This document shows, one piece after another, positions 18,800 through 28,890 of a stretch of 37,371 bases of DNA. The translations under genes were made by a program, and so were the position numbers. The stretch is taken from positions 1 to 37,371 of the forward strand of contig JBFFCR010000003.1 in the NCBI GenBank assembly GCA_041559855.1. Reading direction: 5' to 3'. The DNA comes from Anaerolineae bacterium. Lineage in GTDB: Bacteria; Chloroflexota; Anaerolineae; JAAYZQ01. Below the pieces are notes generated by a model, which worked only from the letters and a program-made list of their open reading frames with translations, did not search any database and was not told the origin of the DNA. The first letter of the stretch is position 1. The number at the start of each line of letters is the position of its first letter.

Positions 18800-20821
18800 A
18801 TGCTCGACCTGACGGGAAAAACACTCAAAGGGCGCTACCGCATCGAGGCGCTGGTCGGCCGCGGCGGGATGGCCGAGGTCTACAAGGCCTGGGACACCCA
18901 CCGCCAGTACCACGTCGCCGTCAAGGTGATGCGTGAGGACCTGGCCGAGGACCTGGAGTTCGTGCGCCGTTTCCGCCGCGAGGCCCGGGCGCTGGCGGCC
19001 CTGTCCCACGCCAACATTGTGCGCTTTTACTCCTTTGAGCAGGAGGGCCGGCTGGCCTTCATCGTCATGGACTATGCGGAGGGGACGAGCCTGCGGGGCA
19101 GGATCCTTGATGCGGGGGGCAAGCCCCTGCCCCTGGAGGAGGTGCTCTCCATCGCACGGCAGGTGAGCGCCGCGCTGCACTATGCACACAGCGAGAACGT
19201 CCTGCACCGCGACGTCAAGCCGGGCAACATCATGGTCGCGCCGGGCCGTGGCGAGGGAGGCAAAGACCTGATTCTGGTGACCGACTTTGGCATCGCCAAG
19301 GCGGCCGACGCGGCGACGGCGACGACGGTGATGCCCGGCACGCCGGCCTACATGTCGCCCGAGCAGTGCCGCAGCGAGCCGGTGGACGAGCGGTCGGACG
19401 TGTACTCATTGGGCATCGTGGTGTACGAGATGTTGGCCGGGCGGCGGCCCTTTGTGGGGGACACCGAGGCGTCCACCAGCAGCACGCGGGAAACGATCCG
19501 CTGGGAGCAGGTGCACGCCGACCCGCCGTCCCTGCCGCGATTCAACCCCGAGGCGCCGCCGGGGGTGGAGGCCGTGCTGCGCAGGGCATTGGCCAAGGAG
19601 AAGGAACACCGCTGGCCGACGGCGCTGGCCTTCTGGCAGGCGTTGGCGAGTGCGGCCGGGGAGCAGACGCCAGCGGGCGCCGAGACGCCTGCGGCGCCCG
19701 TGCGAGAAGCCGAACCCTTGCCCGCGCGACAGCCGCAACCGGAACCGGAGCCAGAACCTCTGCCCCCCAGTGCTGCCGCACTAGAAGAAGCTGCGCCCGG
19801 TGCCCGAGCCCCGGCACGGCGCGGAACGCTGCCGCCGTGGGCCTGGGTGGCAGGCGGGGTACTGCTGGCCGGGTTGGTGATTCTGGCGCTGGCGTTGCTG
19901 TCAGGTGGGACACCCAAAGCGATTGCGCCGGCCCCCACGGCAACTTGGACGGCCACACCGGCAACTACCCATACACCCCGTGCCACGGCGACTCCGGCCG
20001 GCCCGTCAAAGGGCGACACCTGGTCCCGGCCCGCAGACGGGATGGTTATGGTGTACGTGCCGGCGGGGGAGTTCCGGATGGGCAGCACGGAGCAGGAAGT
20101 CGATGATGCGTTGGAGTTGTGCAACCAATATCGTGACGATTGCGAGAGATCTTGGTTCGAAGATGAGCTGCCAATGCATCAGGTGCATCTGGAAGCCTAC
20201 TGGATCGACCGGGCGGAGGTGACCAACGCCCAGTTCGCAGCCTTCATGAACGAGCAAGGCAATCCGGTAGAAGGCGGTGTCCCCTGGCTGGACCTGAGCG
20301 ACGTAGATTGCCTCATTGAGCAAACGACGAACGGCTACAAAGCCAAGGAGGGCTATGCCGACCACCCGGTGATCGAGGTGACGTGGTACGGAGCCCAGGC
20401 GTACTGCCAGTGGGCCGGAGGACAGCTTCCGACAGAGGCTCAGTGGGAGTACGCGGCACGGGGGCCGAATCGGCTGCTTTACCCGTGGGGGAGCAGCCCG
20501 CCAGCCTGCGAGTACGTACATTACCAGGCATGCGCAGGGCTAACCCTGCCCGTGGATGGCAAACCACTTGGGGCTAGTCCCTACGGCGCGTTAAACACGG
20601 CAGGGAATGTGTGGGAGTGGACAGCTAGCCTCTCTCAGACTTATCCCTACCAGGCTGATGATGGTAGAAATGATCCTAACGCAGCGGGGGACAGGATACT
20701 GCGTGGGGGCTCGTGGGGCGACTATCCGCACAATCTGCGCACCGCAAACCGTGTGCCGAACCATCCAGTTGACTCCGGTATGTATAAAGTCGGGTTTCGT
20801 TGCGCCAAGGGGATTCCCTAG
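18800..20821 (+). CDS. K6: Ser/Thr kinase - TM - Pro/Thr linker - FGE-sulfatase (CLec-fold) domain
   Basis: AGGATCATGAC leader, full kinase motifs and LPPWAW + TM. FGE motifs EVTNAQF, LPTEAQWEYAARG, GNVWEW, RGGSW, GFRC. Confidence 0.92.
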   Translation: MLDLTGKTLKGRYRIEALVGRGGMAEVYKAWDTHRQYHVAVKVMREDLAEDLEFVRRFRREARALAALSHANIVRFYSFEQEGRLAFIVMDYAEGTSLRGRILDAGGKPLPLEEVLSIARQVSAALHYAHSENVLHRDVKPGNIMVAPGRGEGGKDLILVTDFGIAKAADAATATTVMPGTPAYMSPEQCRSEPVDERSDVYSLGIVVYEMLAGRRPFVGDTEASTSSTRETIRWEQVHADPPSLPRFNPEAPPGVEAVLRRALAKEKEHRWPTALAFWQALASAAGEQTPAGAETPAAPVREAEPLPARQPQPEPEPEPLPPSAAALEEAAPGARAPARRGTLPPWAWVAGGVLLAGLVILALALLSGGTPKAIAPAPTATWTATPATTHTPRATATPAGPSKGDTWSRPADGMVMVYVPAGEFRMGSTEQEVDDALELCNQYRDDCERSWFEDELPMHQVHLEAYWIDRAEVTNAQFAAFMNEQGNPVEGGVPWLDLSDVDCLIEQTTNGYKAKEGYADHPVIEVTWYGAQAYCQWAGGQLPTEAQWEYAARGPNRLLYPWGSSPPACEYVHYQACAGLTLPVDGKPLGASPYGALNTAGNVWEWTASLSQTYPYQADDGRNDPNAAGDRILRGGSWGDYPHNLRTANRVPNHPVDSGMYKVGFRCAKGIP

Positions 20822-20965
20822 ATGCTGCCTGGCCCCTGCTCCCGAGCGGAAATCCGCGCAGCCAACCCAGGGAGCAGCCGAAGGAAAGCGTGGTCATTGG
20901 TAACGAGTGTGACGTTTTTCAGTTAGTATCGCCAAAATGGTCGATTCAACGAAAGGAGAGACAAG

Positions 20966-21757
20966 ATGGAAGCAACGAGTGATTTCTTTCAATGGTGGTT
21001 CACCGCAGGAAACATCGGTGGCTGGATCGCATTCCTGGTGTTGGCCCTGATCGCCATCGCCTGGCTGGTCTATGACAGCCAGACGCGGCGCGTCCGGGCT
21101 GCAGGATGGATACTGGGCGCCATCCTGCCGGCGCTGCTGCTCCTGCCTTCGGCCTGGATGGGGCTCTCGCTCGAGGCGCAGGTGCGCATGCAGGACTCGC
21201 TGGAGTTGTTCTTCTACCTGGGGCTGGTGGGCGGCATCGTGCCGGTGGTCGTCGCCGTCGGCTACCTGATCACCTACAAGGACACCCGGGGCTGCGAGAG
21301 GGGGCACATTTACGATGCCTCGCTGGCCGAGTGCCCGGTCTGTGCCCAGGAGCGAGCACGACAGGCGCCAGCGCAGGTGCCAGCCCCCCCACCAGCGCCA
21401 CGACCAGGCCCCACCCCACGACGGGAGCGAGCCGCGCCGCCACCGCCGCCGCCAAAGCCCAAGGCCAATGCCTGGCTGGTGGATGAGCGGGCGGACCGCA
21501 CGCACCGGTTGAACCAGGGGGACACCCGCGTGGGCCGGGGCAAGGAGGTCAACGACCTGGTCTTTGCCGACAAGGCGGTCTCGCGTGAGCACATGCTCAT
21601 CCGCGAGGAGCACGGCCACTTTACCCTCTACGACCGCGGCTCCAGGACCGGCACGCTGGTCAACGGCCGCAGGGTCGAGTCGCCCCTGCTGCTGGCGCAC
21701 GACGACATCATCGAGATCGGTGACACGCGCTTGCGCTTTATCACCTCGCGCCAGTAG
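20966..21757 (+). CDS. 3-TM membrane protein with Cys/His zinc-ribbon-like motif and C-terminal FHA domain (FHA3)
   Basis: AAAGGAGA RBS, three hydrophobic helices, CERGHIYD....CPVC, and FHA motifs GR..VSREH..DRGSRTGTLVNG. Confidence 0.85.
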   Translation: MEATSDFFQWWFTAGNIGGWIAFLVLALIAIAWLVYDSQTRRVRAAGWILGAILPALLLLPSAWMGLSLEAQVRMQDSLELFFYLGLVGGIVPVVVAVGYLITYKDTRGCERGHIYDASLAECPVCAQERARQAPAQVPAPPPAPRPGPTPRRERAAPPPPPPKPKANAWLVDERADRTHRLNQGDTRVGRGKEVNDLVFADKAVSREHMLIREEHGHFTLYDRGSRTGTLVNGRRVESPLLLAHDDIIEIGDTRLRFITSRQ

Positions 21758-21775
21758 GTGTCGACGGGAGGAGCC

Positions 21776-23740
21776 ATGAACAAACCGATAGCCGGAACCG
21801 GCGCCAGACTGCTCCTCGGCCTGGGGCTGGCGGTCTTGGTGCTGATCTGGTGCCCGGCCCTGGTCCGGACTCAGGAGCCGGTGAACATCACCCTGAACGG
21901 GGTGGATTCATCCGAGTTCCCCAGAGTGGTGGCCTATGTCACGGTCTCTGATCACACGGGCCATGCCATCCCGAATCTCCTGCCCGACGCATTTACCCTG
22001 AGCGAGGACCGCAACCCGGTCGACGACGTTGCCGCCGAGTTCCTGGAGAATGTGGGCGAGCCGATCCTGCTGGCGCTGGCGCTGGATACCAGCGGCAGCA
22101 TGGCGGGGACCGCGTTGAGCAACGCCCAGGCGGCGGCCGTGCAACTGATCAACGACTTGGGTCCGGCCGACAAGGTGAGCGTGCTCTCCTTTAACGACAC
22201 GGTCGAGACCCAGGTCGAGCTCACCGCCGACAAGGCCGCCGCCATCGCCGCCGTGCAGGCCCTCAGCGCCGGGGGCGATACGGCCTTTAACGATGCCGTC
22301 TACGAAGGGGCCAGGTTGCTGGCAAGCCGTCCTCGTGGGCGCAAGGCCCTCGTCGTCCTGACTGACGGGGAGGATACCAGCAGCGTGCTAACAATCGACG
22401 ACGCCATCAGCGCGGCACAGGAGGCCAGCGTCCCGGTCTATGCCGTGGGCTTTGGCCCGGACATACGGCCTCGCATCTTGGAGAGGTTGGCGCTGCTGAC
22501 CGGCGGGCACCTTTACCGGACGCCCTCGTCGGAGCAGATCGGGGAGAGCTTCCAGGCCGTGGCCCGTCTGTTGCGCTACCAGTACGTCTTGCGCTTTGAC
22601 TCGTCCCTGCCCGCCGATGACCGTCCGCACACACTGCGCGTGGACGTGAATGTCGAGGGCATCCGGGCGCACGCCGAGATCCCGTTCACGGCTGTGGGAC
22701 GCGAGATCGCACTGGCGATGGTCGCGCCGGCGGAAGGGAGCACGGTGGGGGGCATGGTCACCCTGACGCCCCGCATCGAGGCGCCGGGCGATGTGCTGCA
22801 AGTCGACTATCTGCTGGACGGCGATCCACTGGCGACCGTGACCACCGGCGATTTCAGCTATGCCTGGGATGCCACCACCGTTCCTATCGGTCGGCACACG
22901 CTCACGGTGCGCGTCACCGACAGCGCGACCAACGAGGGTGAGGCGGATCTGAACCTGACGGTGGCTGAGCCCGTCGAGATCGCCTTTGTCGCGCCTGCGG
23001 ATAACCTGACTGATCTGAGTGGTGAGGTGGAGGTGGCCGTAGAGGTCGTTTCGCTTGCCGGCGTGTCACACGTGGACTTTGCCGTCGACGATCAGGTGGT
23101 GGAAACACTAGAGTCGCCCCCCTATCGCTTTGACTGGGACACTGGTTCAGTGGCCACCGGCGACCACCAGCTTGCGGCAACTGCCTACGACGTCAACGGC
23201 CTGTCCGACCGGGCGACGCTGGATGTGTGGGTCGCCTTCCGCGGTACGAGCTGGGGACTGTGGGCGGTGCTGGGGCTTGTGCTCGTGGTGGGGGGACTGA
23301 TGGTGCCCCTGGCCCTGCGCCGGCGGCGGAGGGTAGTGCGGCAGCCAACGGCGGCAGGTATGCCATCCACTGCGGTGGCGCCGCCGGTTCCTCGCCCCGG
23401 TGATGCAACGACAGAGCGATCCGACCAGCCTGAAGGCGAGCCGGTCGCATGGCTGGTCGTCGAGGCGGGCCCCGATGCCGGCTCTCGCTGGCCCGTCGTG
23501 ATGGGGGAGACCCGGCTGGGCCGCACCCGCAGTGCCAACGACGTCGTTATCCCCAGCAGCACGGCCTCGCGACGACACGCATCGATCCTCGCTGACGTGG
23601 ATGGCTTTGTCTACTATGACATCGAGCCAACCAACCCCACGTTGACAAACGACGTGCCCATCGTGGGCTCGCACGAATTGTTGGACGGCGATCGGATCCA
23701 GATCGGCGACATCATCTTGCGATTTGAGAAGGAGGGATAG
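21776..23740 (+). CDS. Exported vWA + two Ig-like domains - TM - cytoplasmic FHA protein (FHA4)
   Basis: GGAGGAG RBS before ATG 21776 and a signal peptide. MIDAS motif DTSGS..GDT..LTDG and two V.(Y/F)..D..Y/F.WD..G.H.L Ig-like units. TM followed by RRRRR, then FHA GR..SRRHA..TN. Confidence 0.87.
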   Translation: MNKPIAGTGARLLLGLGLAVLVLIWCPALVRTQEPVNITLNGVDSSEFPRVVAYVTVSDHTGHAIPNLLPDAFTLSEDRNPVDDVAAEFLENVGEPILLALALDTSGSMAGTALSNAQAAAVQLINDLGPADKVSVLSFNDTVETQVELTADKAAAIAAVQALSAGGDTAFNDAVYEGARLLASRPRGRKALVVLTDGEDTSSVLTIDDAISAAQEASVPVYAVGFGPDIRPRILERLALLTGGHLYRTPSSEQIGESFQAVARLLRYQYVLRFDSSLPADDRPHTLRVDVNVEGIRAHAEIPFTAVGREIALAMVAPAEGSTVGGMVTLTPRIEAPGDVLQVDYLLDGDPLATVTTGDFSYAWDATTVPIGRHTLTVRVTDSATNEGEADLNLTVAEPVEIAFVAPADNLTDLSGEVEVAVEVVSLAGVSHVDFAVDDQVVETLESPPYRFDWDTGSVATGDHQLAATAYDVNGLSDRATLDVWVAFRGTSWGLWAVLGLVLVVGGLMVPLALRRRRRVVRQPTAAGMPSTAVAPPVPRPGDATTERSDQPEGEPVAWLVVEAGPDAGSRWPVVMGETRLGRTRSANDVVIPSSTASRRHASILADVDGFVYYDIEPTNPTLTNDVPIVGSHELLDGDRIQIGDIILRFEKEG

Positions 23741-23742
23741 AA

Positions 23743-24336
23743 ATGAGCCAGGAAGGTTTCTGTGAGAAACATGGTCCGTACGATGCGTCTCTGGGCAGAT
23801 GCCCATACTGCGACCGAGAGAGGGGACTGCCTGCTGCGCCACCGCCGTTGGATGACGAGCTGCCCACCGATCCGTGGGGCGGGCGGGGCAGGCCAGCGCG
23901 GGCTGCCGCAGACGACGATGTCACGGAATGGCCCCAGCGCCGGCGTGCGGGCTTGGACGACGAGGATATGACCGAGCTGCCCGAGCGGCGCAAGCGCGTC
24001 GGCTGGGAGGAAGACGAGACGGTCGTGGAGCGATCTGAGAGCGGCCTGCTGGGTTTCTTGATCGTCAAGGAGGGCATGCGCCGGGGGCAGGTACACCGCA
24101 TCGGGCACGGCACGACGCTGGGTCGGGGCGACTCGGACATCCTCATCCGCGACGAAAAGGTGTCCCGCCTCCATGCCAAGTTCACGGTCGAGGACGAGCA
24201 GTTCTTTGTCTGGGACTTTGGCAGCGAGAACGACACCCTGGTGAACGGCGAGCGGATCCGCGAGGCCACGGCGCTCCAGGAGAACGATACGATCAAGATT
24301 GGGAACACGACCTTTGTGCTAAAGACCTTGGAGTAG
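23743..24336 (+). CDS. Soluble zinc-ribbon + acidic linker + FHA protein (FHA5)
   Basis: AAGGAGG RBS, CEKHGPYD....CPYC, and FHA motifs GR..VSRLHA..DFGSENDTLVNG. Confidence 0.87.
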   Translation: MSQEGFCEKHGPYDASLGRCPYCDRERGLPAAPPPLDDELPTDPWGGRGRPARAAADDDVTEWPQRRRAGLDDEDMTELPERRKRVGWEEDETVVERSESGLLGFLIVKEGMRRGQVHRIGHGTTLGRGDSDILIRDEKVSRLHAKFTVEDEQFFVWDFGSENDTLVNGERIREATALQENDTIKIGNTTFVLKTLE

Positions 24337-24401
24337 CCGCCTCGTACTAGCTGCACCGCAGCAAGGGGGCAAGACTCAAGAGAGACCAGCAAAGGGTGGT
24401 A

Positions 24402-26216
24402 ATGGACCAACTACTGGGACGGACGCTGAAGGGGCGCTACCGCATAGACAGCTACGTCGGGGGCGGTGGCATGGCCAACGTCTACCGCGCCTGGGACCAG
24501 AGCCAGCGCCGTTATGTCGCGCTCAAGATCCTCCGCGAGGATCTGGCGGATGACCCCGTGTTCCTGCGCCGCTTTCGCCGCGAGGCAGCGGTGCTGGGAC
24601 AACTGCAGCATCCCAACATCGTGCGCTACCATGGCTTGGAGCAGGAGCATGGGCTGGCCTACATGGTCGTCGAGTTCATTGACGGCCGAAGCCTTCGCAA
24701 GGAGATGGCCCAGCTCCGCCAACCCATGACTCCGAGTCAGGCGGCGGCGATCCTCGAGCCTGTGTGCGATGCCCTGCAGTACGCGCACGATCGGGACCTT
24801 ATGCACTGCGACGTGAAGCCAGCGAACATCCTTGTGGAAAAGGGAGGGCGGGTGGTGCTGGCCGATTTCGGCATTGCGCGCTGGGCAGAGTCGGCAACGA
24901 CGACCTTTGCCGGCGCAGGGACTCCGGCCTACATGTCACCGGAGCAATGCCGGGGCACGGGCATCACCCGCCTGACCGATATCTACAGCTTGAGCGTCAC
25001 CCTGTACGAGATGCTGACGCTCGACCGGCCCTTTGTCGGTGACACCGGCCCGCCAGACAGTGCCCTGGGTGAGCGGATCCGCTGGGAGCATCTGCGCGAG
25101 TCCCCGCCATCTCCGCGCAGTCTCAACCCCAGGATCCCGGCCGCACTCGAGGAAGTGATCCTCACCGGCCTGTCCAAAGAGCCCGGGATGCGCCAGCAGA
25201 CGCCGCGCGGGTTGTATCGGCAGGTGGTCGCGGCAGGGATTGAGCCCGATCGCACGATGGCATGGGCGGTCGAGGAAACGCTCCTCCCAGCCCGAACGCT
25301 GGGGCCGAAGGTCGATACCCTGCCAGAGCCGCCCGCACCCCCGGCGGTACCGGCCGGTGTGCGTCCGCGACAAAAACGAGGTCTTCTGTTTCTGGTCATG
25401 GGCGTGACGGTCGCCCTGCTATTGGTGCTTGCCATAGCTCTTGTAGGACCGGCCCCGGACCCGCCTGCGCCGACTCGGGCGGCCGCTGTGCCAACGCACA
25501 CCCCTGTGCCAACCGCAACCACGTGGTCGATTCCAACTGATGCAGTGCCCCCCACTCCTGAAGCAACGACGGCGATCATCCCGTCCGAGACGCCGGCACC
25601 AACGCCGCTTCCACCACCCAGCACGGTCTATATCGAGTATGTGCTCGATACTTCGAACAGCATGATGCAGTCCTTGTCGGGAGAGCGTACCAGGCTGGCA
25701 GTTGCCGTTTCCGCGCTGATGGGGCACTGGCAGGCTTTGGACACAGAGCCCAACATTGGCCTGCGCGTCTACGGCCACCAGCTCCCCGTCACTGACCCCG
25801 GTAGCTGCACGGACACAGAGCTTCTGGCGGCGCCAGCCCAGGGACAGAGAGAGGTTCTGGCCGGCCACCTACACGAGCTGTCAGCGCGGGGTATGTCTCC
25901 TTTGATCGATACATTGGTAAAGGCGACACGCGATTTCTCGTTCCTTGGCGGAAGGACCAATGCTCTGATCTTGATCGCCGATGGAGGAGACAACTGCGTT
26001 GACAAGAACCCGTGCGACACGGTACGGACGCACCTAGAGGTAGGGATGCAGTACACAATCAATGTCGTAGGACTCGCGGTGGACGAGACTGCAAAGCAGC
26101 AACTGCAGTGCATGGCACAAGTCAGCGGTGGCCTGTACCGCGATGCAGCGAGTGAGGCCGAGCTGATCAGCGCGCTGAACGAGTTCGTGGCACAGATCCT
26201 GGCCGAAGGGCAGTAG
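24402..26216 (+). CDS. K7: divergent non-RD (HCD) Ser/Thr kinase - TM - Pro/Thr linker - vWA domain
   Basis: GGGGMANVY, VALK, HCDVKPAN, DFG and GTPAYMSPE; TM helix; vWA motifs LDTSNS..GMSPL..IADG. The start could be GTG 24396. Confidence 0.9.
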   Translation: MDQLLGRTLKGRYRIDSYVGGGGMANVYRAWDQSQRRYVALKILREDLADDPVFLRRFRREAAVLGQLQHPNIVRYHGLEQEHGLAYMVVEFIDGRSLRKEMAQLRQPMTPSQAAAILEPVCDALQYAHDRDLMHCDVKPANILVEKGGRVVLADFGIARWAESATTTFAGAGTPAYMSPEQCRGTGITRLTDIYSLSVTLYEMLTLDRPFVGDTGPPDSALGERIRWEHLRESPPSPRSLNPRIPAALEEVILTGLSKEPGMRQQTPRGLYRQVVAAGIEPDRTMAWAVEETLLPARTLGPKVDTLPEPPAPPAVPAGVRPRQKRGLLFLVMGVTVALLLVLAIALVGPAPDPPAPTRAAAVPTHTPVPTATTWSIPTDAVPPTPEATTAIIPSETPAPTPLPPPSTVYIEYVLDTSNSMMQSLSGERTRLAVAVSALMGHWQALDTEPNIGLRVYGHQLPVTDPGSCTDTELLAAPAQGQREVLAGHLHELSARGMSPLIDTLVKATRDFSFLGGRTNALILIADGGDNCVDKNPCDTVRTHLEVGMQYTINVVGLAVDETAKQQLQCMAQVSGGLYRDAASEAELISALNEFVAQILAEGQ

Positions 26217-26253
26217 ACCCGCATAGCAAACCGAGGAGAAGGAGAGAAGCCCT

Positions 26254-28515
26254 ATGCAACCCGACAACGGATGCGCAACCCGCCTGGCTGCCCGCCGCCG
26301 GATCGTCGTGGGTGTCGGCATCGTCCTGGCCCTGTTGATTGTCGCCTGGATCGCCTACGCGCTCATCAGCAGCCTGCTCGACGGGCCGCAGCCGGCGCCC
26401 ACGACGGTTCCCGCAAGCAAGAGTCCTCTCCCTCCCTCCTCGGAGACGCTGCCCCCCTCCCCGACCTCCGAACTCGGCACGAGTAACATCTACATCGAGT
26501 ATATCCTCGATGCCTCGGGGAGCATGAACGAAACCCTGCCGGACGGGACGCTCAAGCTGGAGGTGGCCAAGAACCTGCTCACCGACCACCTGGGGGCCTT
26601 CCATCCCGAGACCAACATCGGGCTGCGGGCGTACGGTCACCGGCTGCCCTACCAACAGACGGAGGAGAGCTGCCGGGACATCGAGCTGATTGCTCCCGTG
26701 GAGAAGGGGCAGTTGGAGACGATCGTCACCTGGCTGCGAGGGTTCGCCGCCCAGGGGATGACGCCGCTGGCAGAGTCGATACGGCAGGCGATGGCGGATT
26801 TCGTCTTTGAGCCGGGGCGCATCAACTCGATCGTGATGCTGAGCGACGGCATCGAGACCTGTGAGGGGGACCCGTGTGGTTTGGTGGAAGAACTGAAAGC
26901 GGCAGGCATCAACTTTACCATCCACGTGATCGGCCTGGACGTGGACGGGGCGACGCGGGAGCAGTTGCGCTGCATCGCGGAAGCCGGGGGCGGCACTTAC
27001 TACGACGTCGAGACGGAACAGGACCTGGCGGAGGCCCTGGACGACATCCAGGAAACGGTCACGGAGGATGAGGTGATCGTGCCGCCCGGCGTGGACACGC
27101 CGTCTCCTATCTCACCGGTTTCCGACCTGGATCCTCAAGACATCCTGCTCACTGGAGTGGCAGGCTCCTCCTCTGAAGGGGGTTCGGGCTTCCATTTAGT
27201 AGTGGGCGAAGTACTCGCAGTTGGCTCCGAAGTGCCAGAGTGCGTGACCGAGCTCGAGGATGCCCGAGTTGAGGGAGTGCGGGATCAGTGTCTGGGTGAG
27301 TGGCTAGCAGAGATCCAGCCTGGCGAGATCGATGTCTTTGCTGGTGATGAGGTTGAGATCTTTGGCAGAGTGACAAGCATGACTTCACATGGTTGCGGCA
27401 TTTACATCGGCGTCTGCGAGAGCGCCAGCTACTATTTGAGATACGCGCAGCCTACCTCGCCTGGGCAAGACGAGCCTGTGGGTGATGAGAGCTTCTCAAT
27501 CAAGGCCGCACAGGCCCTTGCCCCGATTTCGATCCTGTCCAAGACAGAATATCCGGGGCTAACTGAGGATTATTCATACATGCAGTTCGAGGTGGATCAA
27601 GCTGGCAACGTCCACATCCTCATACATTGGGGCTGGGATGACGACGAAGAGGGTGAGATCTACGTGGTGGACGGTGTAGTCTATGCTCGGGATAGTGGCG
27701 TAGGCGAAGACGATTTCACCGTGGTGGAAGACCCAGAATACCTCGCTCTGTTGGCCGATCCCTTTGATGCTGTGTTTTCAGTCCATGAGGGCTCAGAAGA
27801 TATCTTTGAGACCTTTCCCCTGCATACGATTCTCTGGGCGGGGGCATATGCGAGTGTGGAACCGCTAGGCGCTGAAACCGTAAATGGATTCCTATCAGAT
27901 GAGTACCGGCTGGTGGTGGATCCGACGGAGCTGAGTGACCTTCGCGGGCTTTGGCGTCATTTTGATGACCTGGCTGACTGGATTTCCCTTGACCAGGACA
28001 ATGCTGTTGTTGACGTATGGATCGAGCCAAGCACCGGGGCTATCGTGAAGGCCGAGTGGCAGCTCATCACCGATGAGGGGATCATGAATGCAACTCTCGA
28101 GGTCATGCCCCTGAACACGACGCGATTCGTGCCACCCCCGGTGGAACCTGCGGGCACGACGGCAGAGGAAACCACTCCCCATGGAACCATCGCTGGAGGA
28201 TTGAGCTATCCCTCTGAGTATATTCCGGCCATGACCATCTATGCGCGCAACATAGATACTTATCAGACGTTTTCCGTCCGTGTACCGGAAGGCACACTTG
28301 AATACTGGCTGGACATTCCAGTGGAAGGCTCCTATTTTGTCTTCGCCTGGACCGATACAGGTGTCGGCGCCAGCTATTCCCGCTTTGTGACATGTGGCTT
28401 GAGAGCAGAATGCTCCGATCACACACTCATTCCTGTTTCCGTGAAACTCGGAGAGAGCGTGACTGGAATAGACATAGCTGATTGGTACTGGCAGGAGGCA
28501 GTTCCGGAGCCGTAG
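26254..28515 (+). CDS. V1: N-terminally anchored vWA protein with variable multi-domain C-terminus (unknown domains, one LppX/LolA-like by eye)
   Basis: AAGGAGA RBS, RRR + TM helix, and MIDAS LDASGS..GMTPL..LSDG. Sequence after about 27100 is unique and lower in GC. Confidence 0.85.
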   Translation: MQPDNGCATRLAARRRIVVGVGIVLALLIVAWIAYALISSLLDGPQPAPTTVPASKSPLPPSSETLPPSPTSELGTSNIYIEYILDASGSMNETLPDGTLKLEVAKNLLTDHLGAFHPETNIGLRAYGHRLPYQQTEESCRDIELIAPVEKGQLETIVTWLRGFAAQGMTPLAESIRQAMADFVFEPGRINSIVMLSDGIETCEGDPCGLVEELKAAGINFTIHVIGLDVDGATREQLRCIAEAGGGTYYDVETEQDLAEALDDIQETVTEDEVIVPPGVDTPSPISPVSDLDPQDILLTGVAGSSSEGGSGFHLVVGEVLAVGSEVPECVTELEDARVEGVRDQCLGEWLAEIQPGEIDVFAGDEVEIFGRVTSMTSHGCGIYIGVCESASYYLRYAQPTSPGQDEPVGDESFSIKAAQALAPISILSKTEYPGLTEDYSYMQFEVDQAGNVHILIHWGWDDDEEGEIYVVDGVVYARDSGVGEDDFTVVEDPEYLALLADPFDAVFSVHEGSEDIFETFPLHTILWAGAYASVEPLGAETVNGFLSDEYRLVVDPTELSDLRGLWRHFDDLADWISLDQDNAVVDVWIEPSTGAIVKAEWQLITDEGIMNATLEVMPLNTTRFVPPPVEPAGTTAEETTPHGTIAGGLSYPSEYIPAMTIYARNIDTYQTFSVRVPEGTLEYWLDIPVEGSYFVFAWTDTGVGASYSRFVTCGLRAECSDHTLIPVSVKLGESVTGIDIADWYWQEAVPEP

Positions 28516-28890
28516 GGGTCGAGCACCCAGACGATCTCGTCGTGGCGGGCTTTGACTGGATCGCCGCAGCCGGGGATCGCACAAGAGCGCCGCTTCGCCC
28601 GTGAGGCAGAACATGGAGAGAAGGACGAGCGCTTGGTCTGCAAAGAATTCAACCTACACCTGAGCAGCGGCTGGGCCGATGCGTTTCGCTTCCGGTTGTC
28701 ACCAAAGCCCTCTGGGAAGGCAGCTAGCCGCCTTCATTTCCGATCGCGACGGAAGCGATGAGATTCATGTGATAAAGCGCGATGGGAGTGGTCTGCACCA
28801 GATTGCACGAGAGGGAACGCAGCCGTCTTGGCGGCATTGACGCACGAGACGGTGCCCGCATAGCAAACCGAGGAGAAGGAGAGAACCCCT

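Noticed and set aside
28552-28761. ERRFAREAE in the V1-V2 gap as another kinase relic
   Set aside because: Only about 9 residues resemble RRFRREAE and the flanks do not align. Too short to support.
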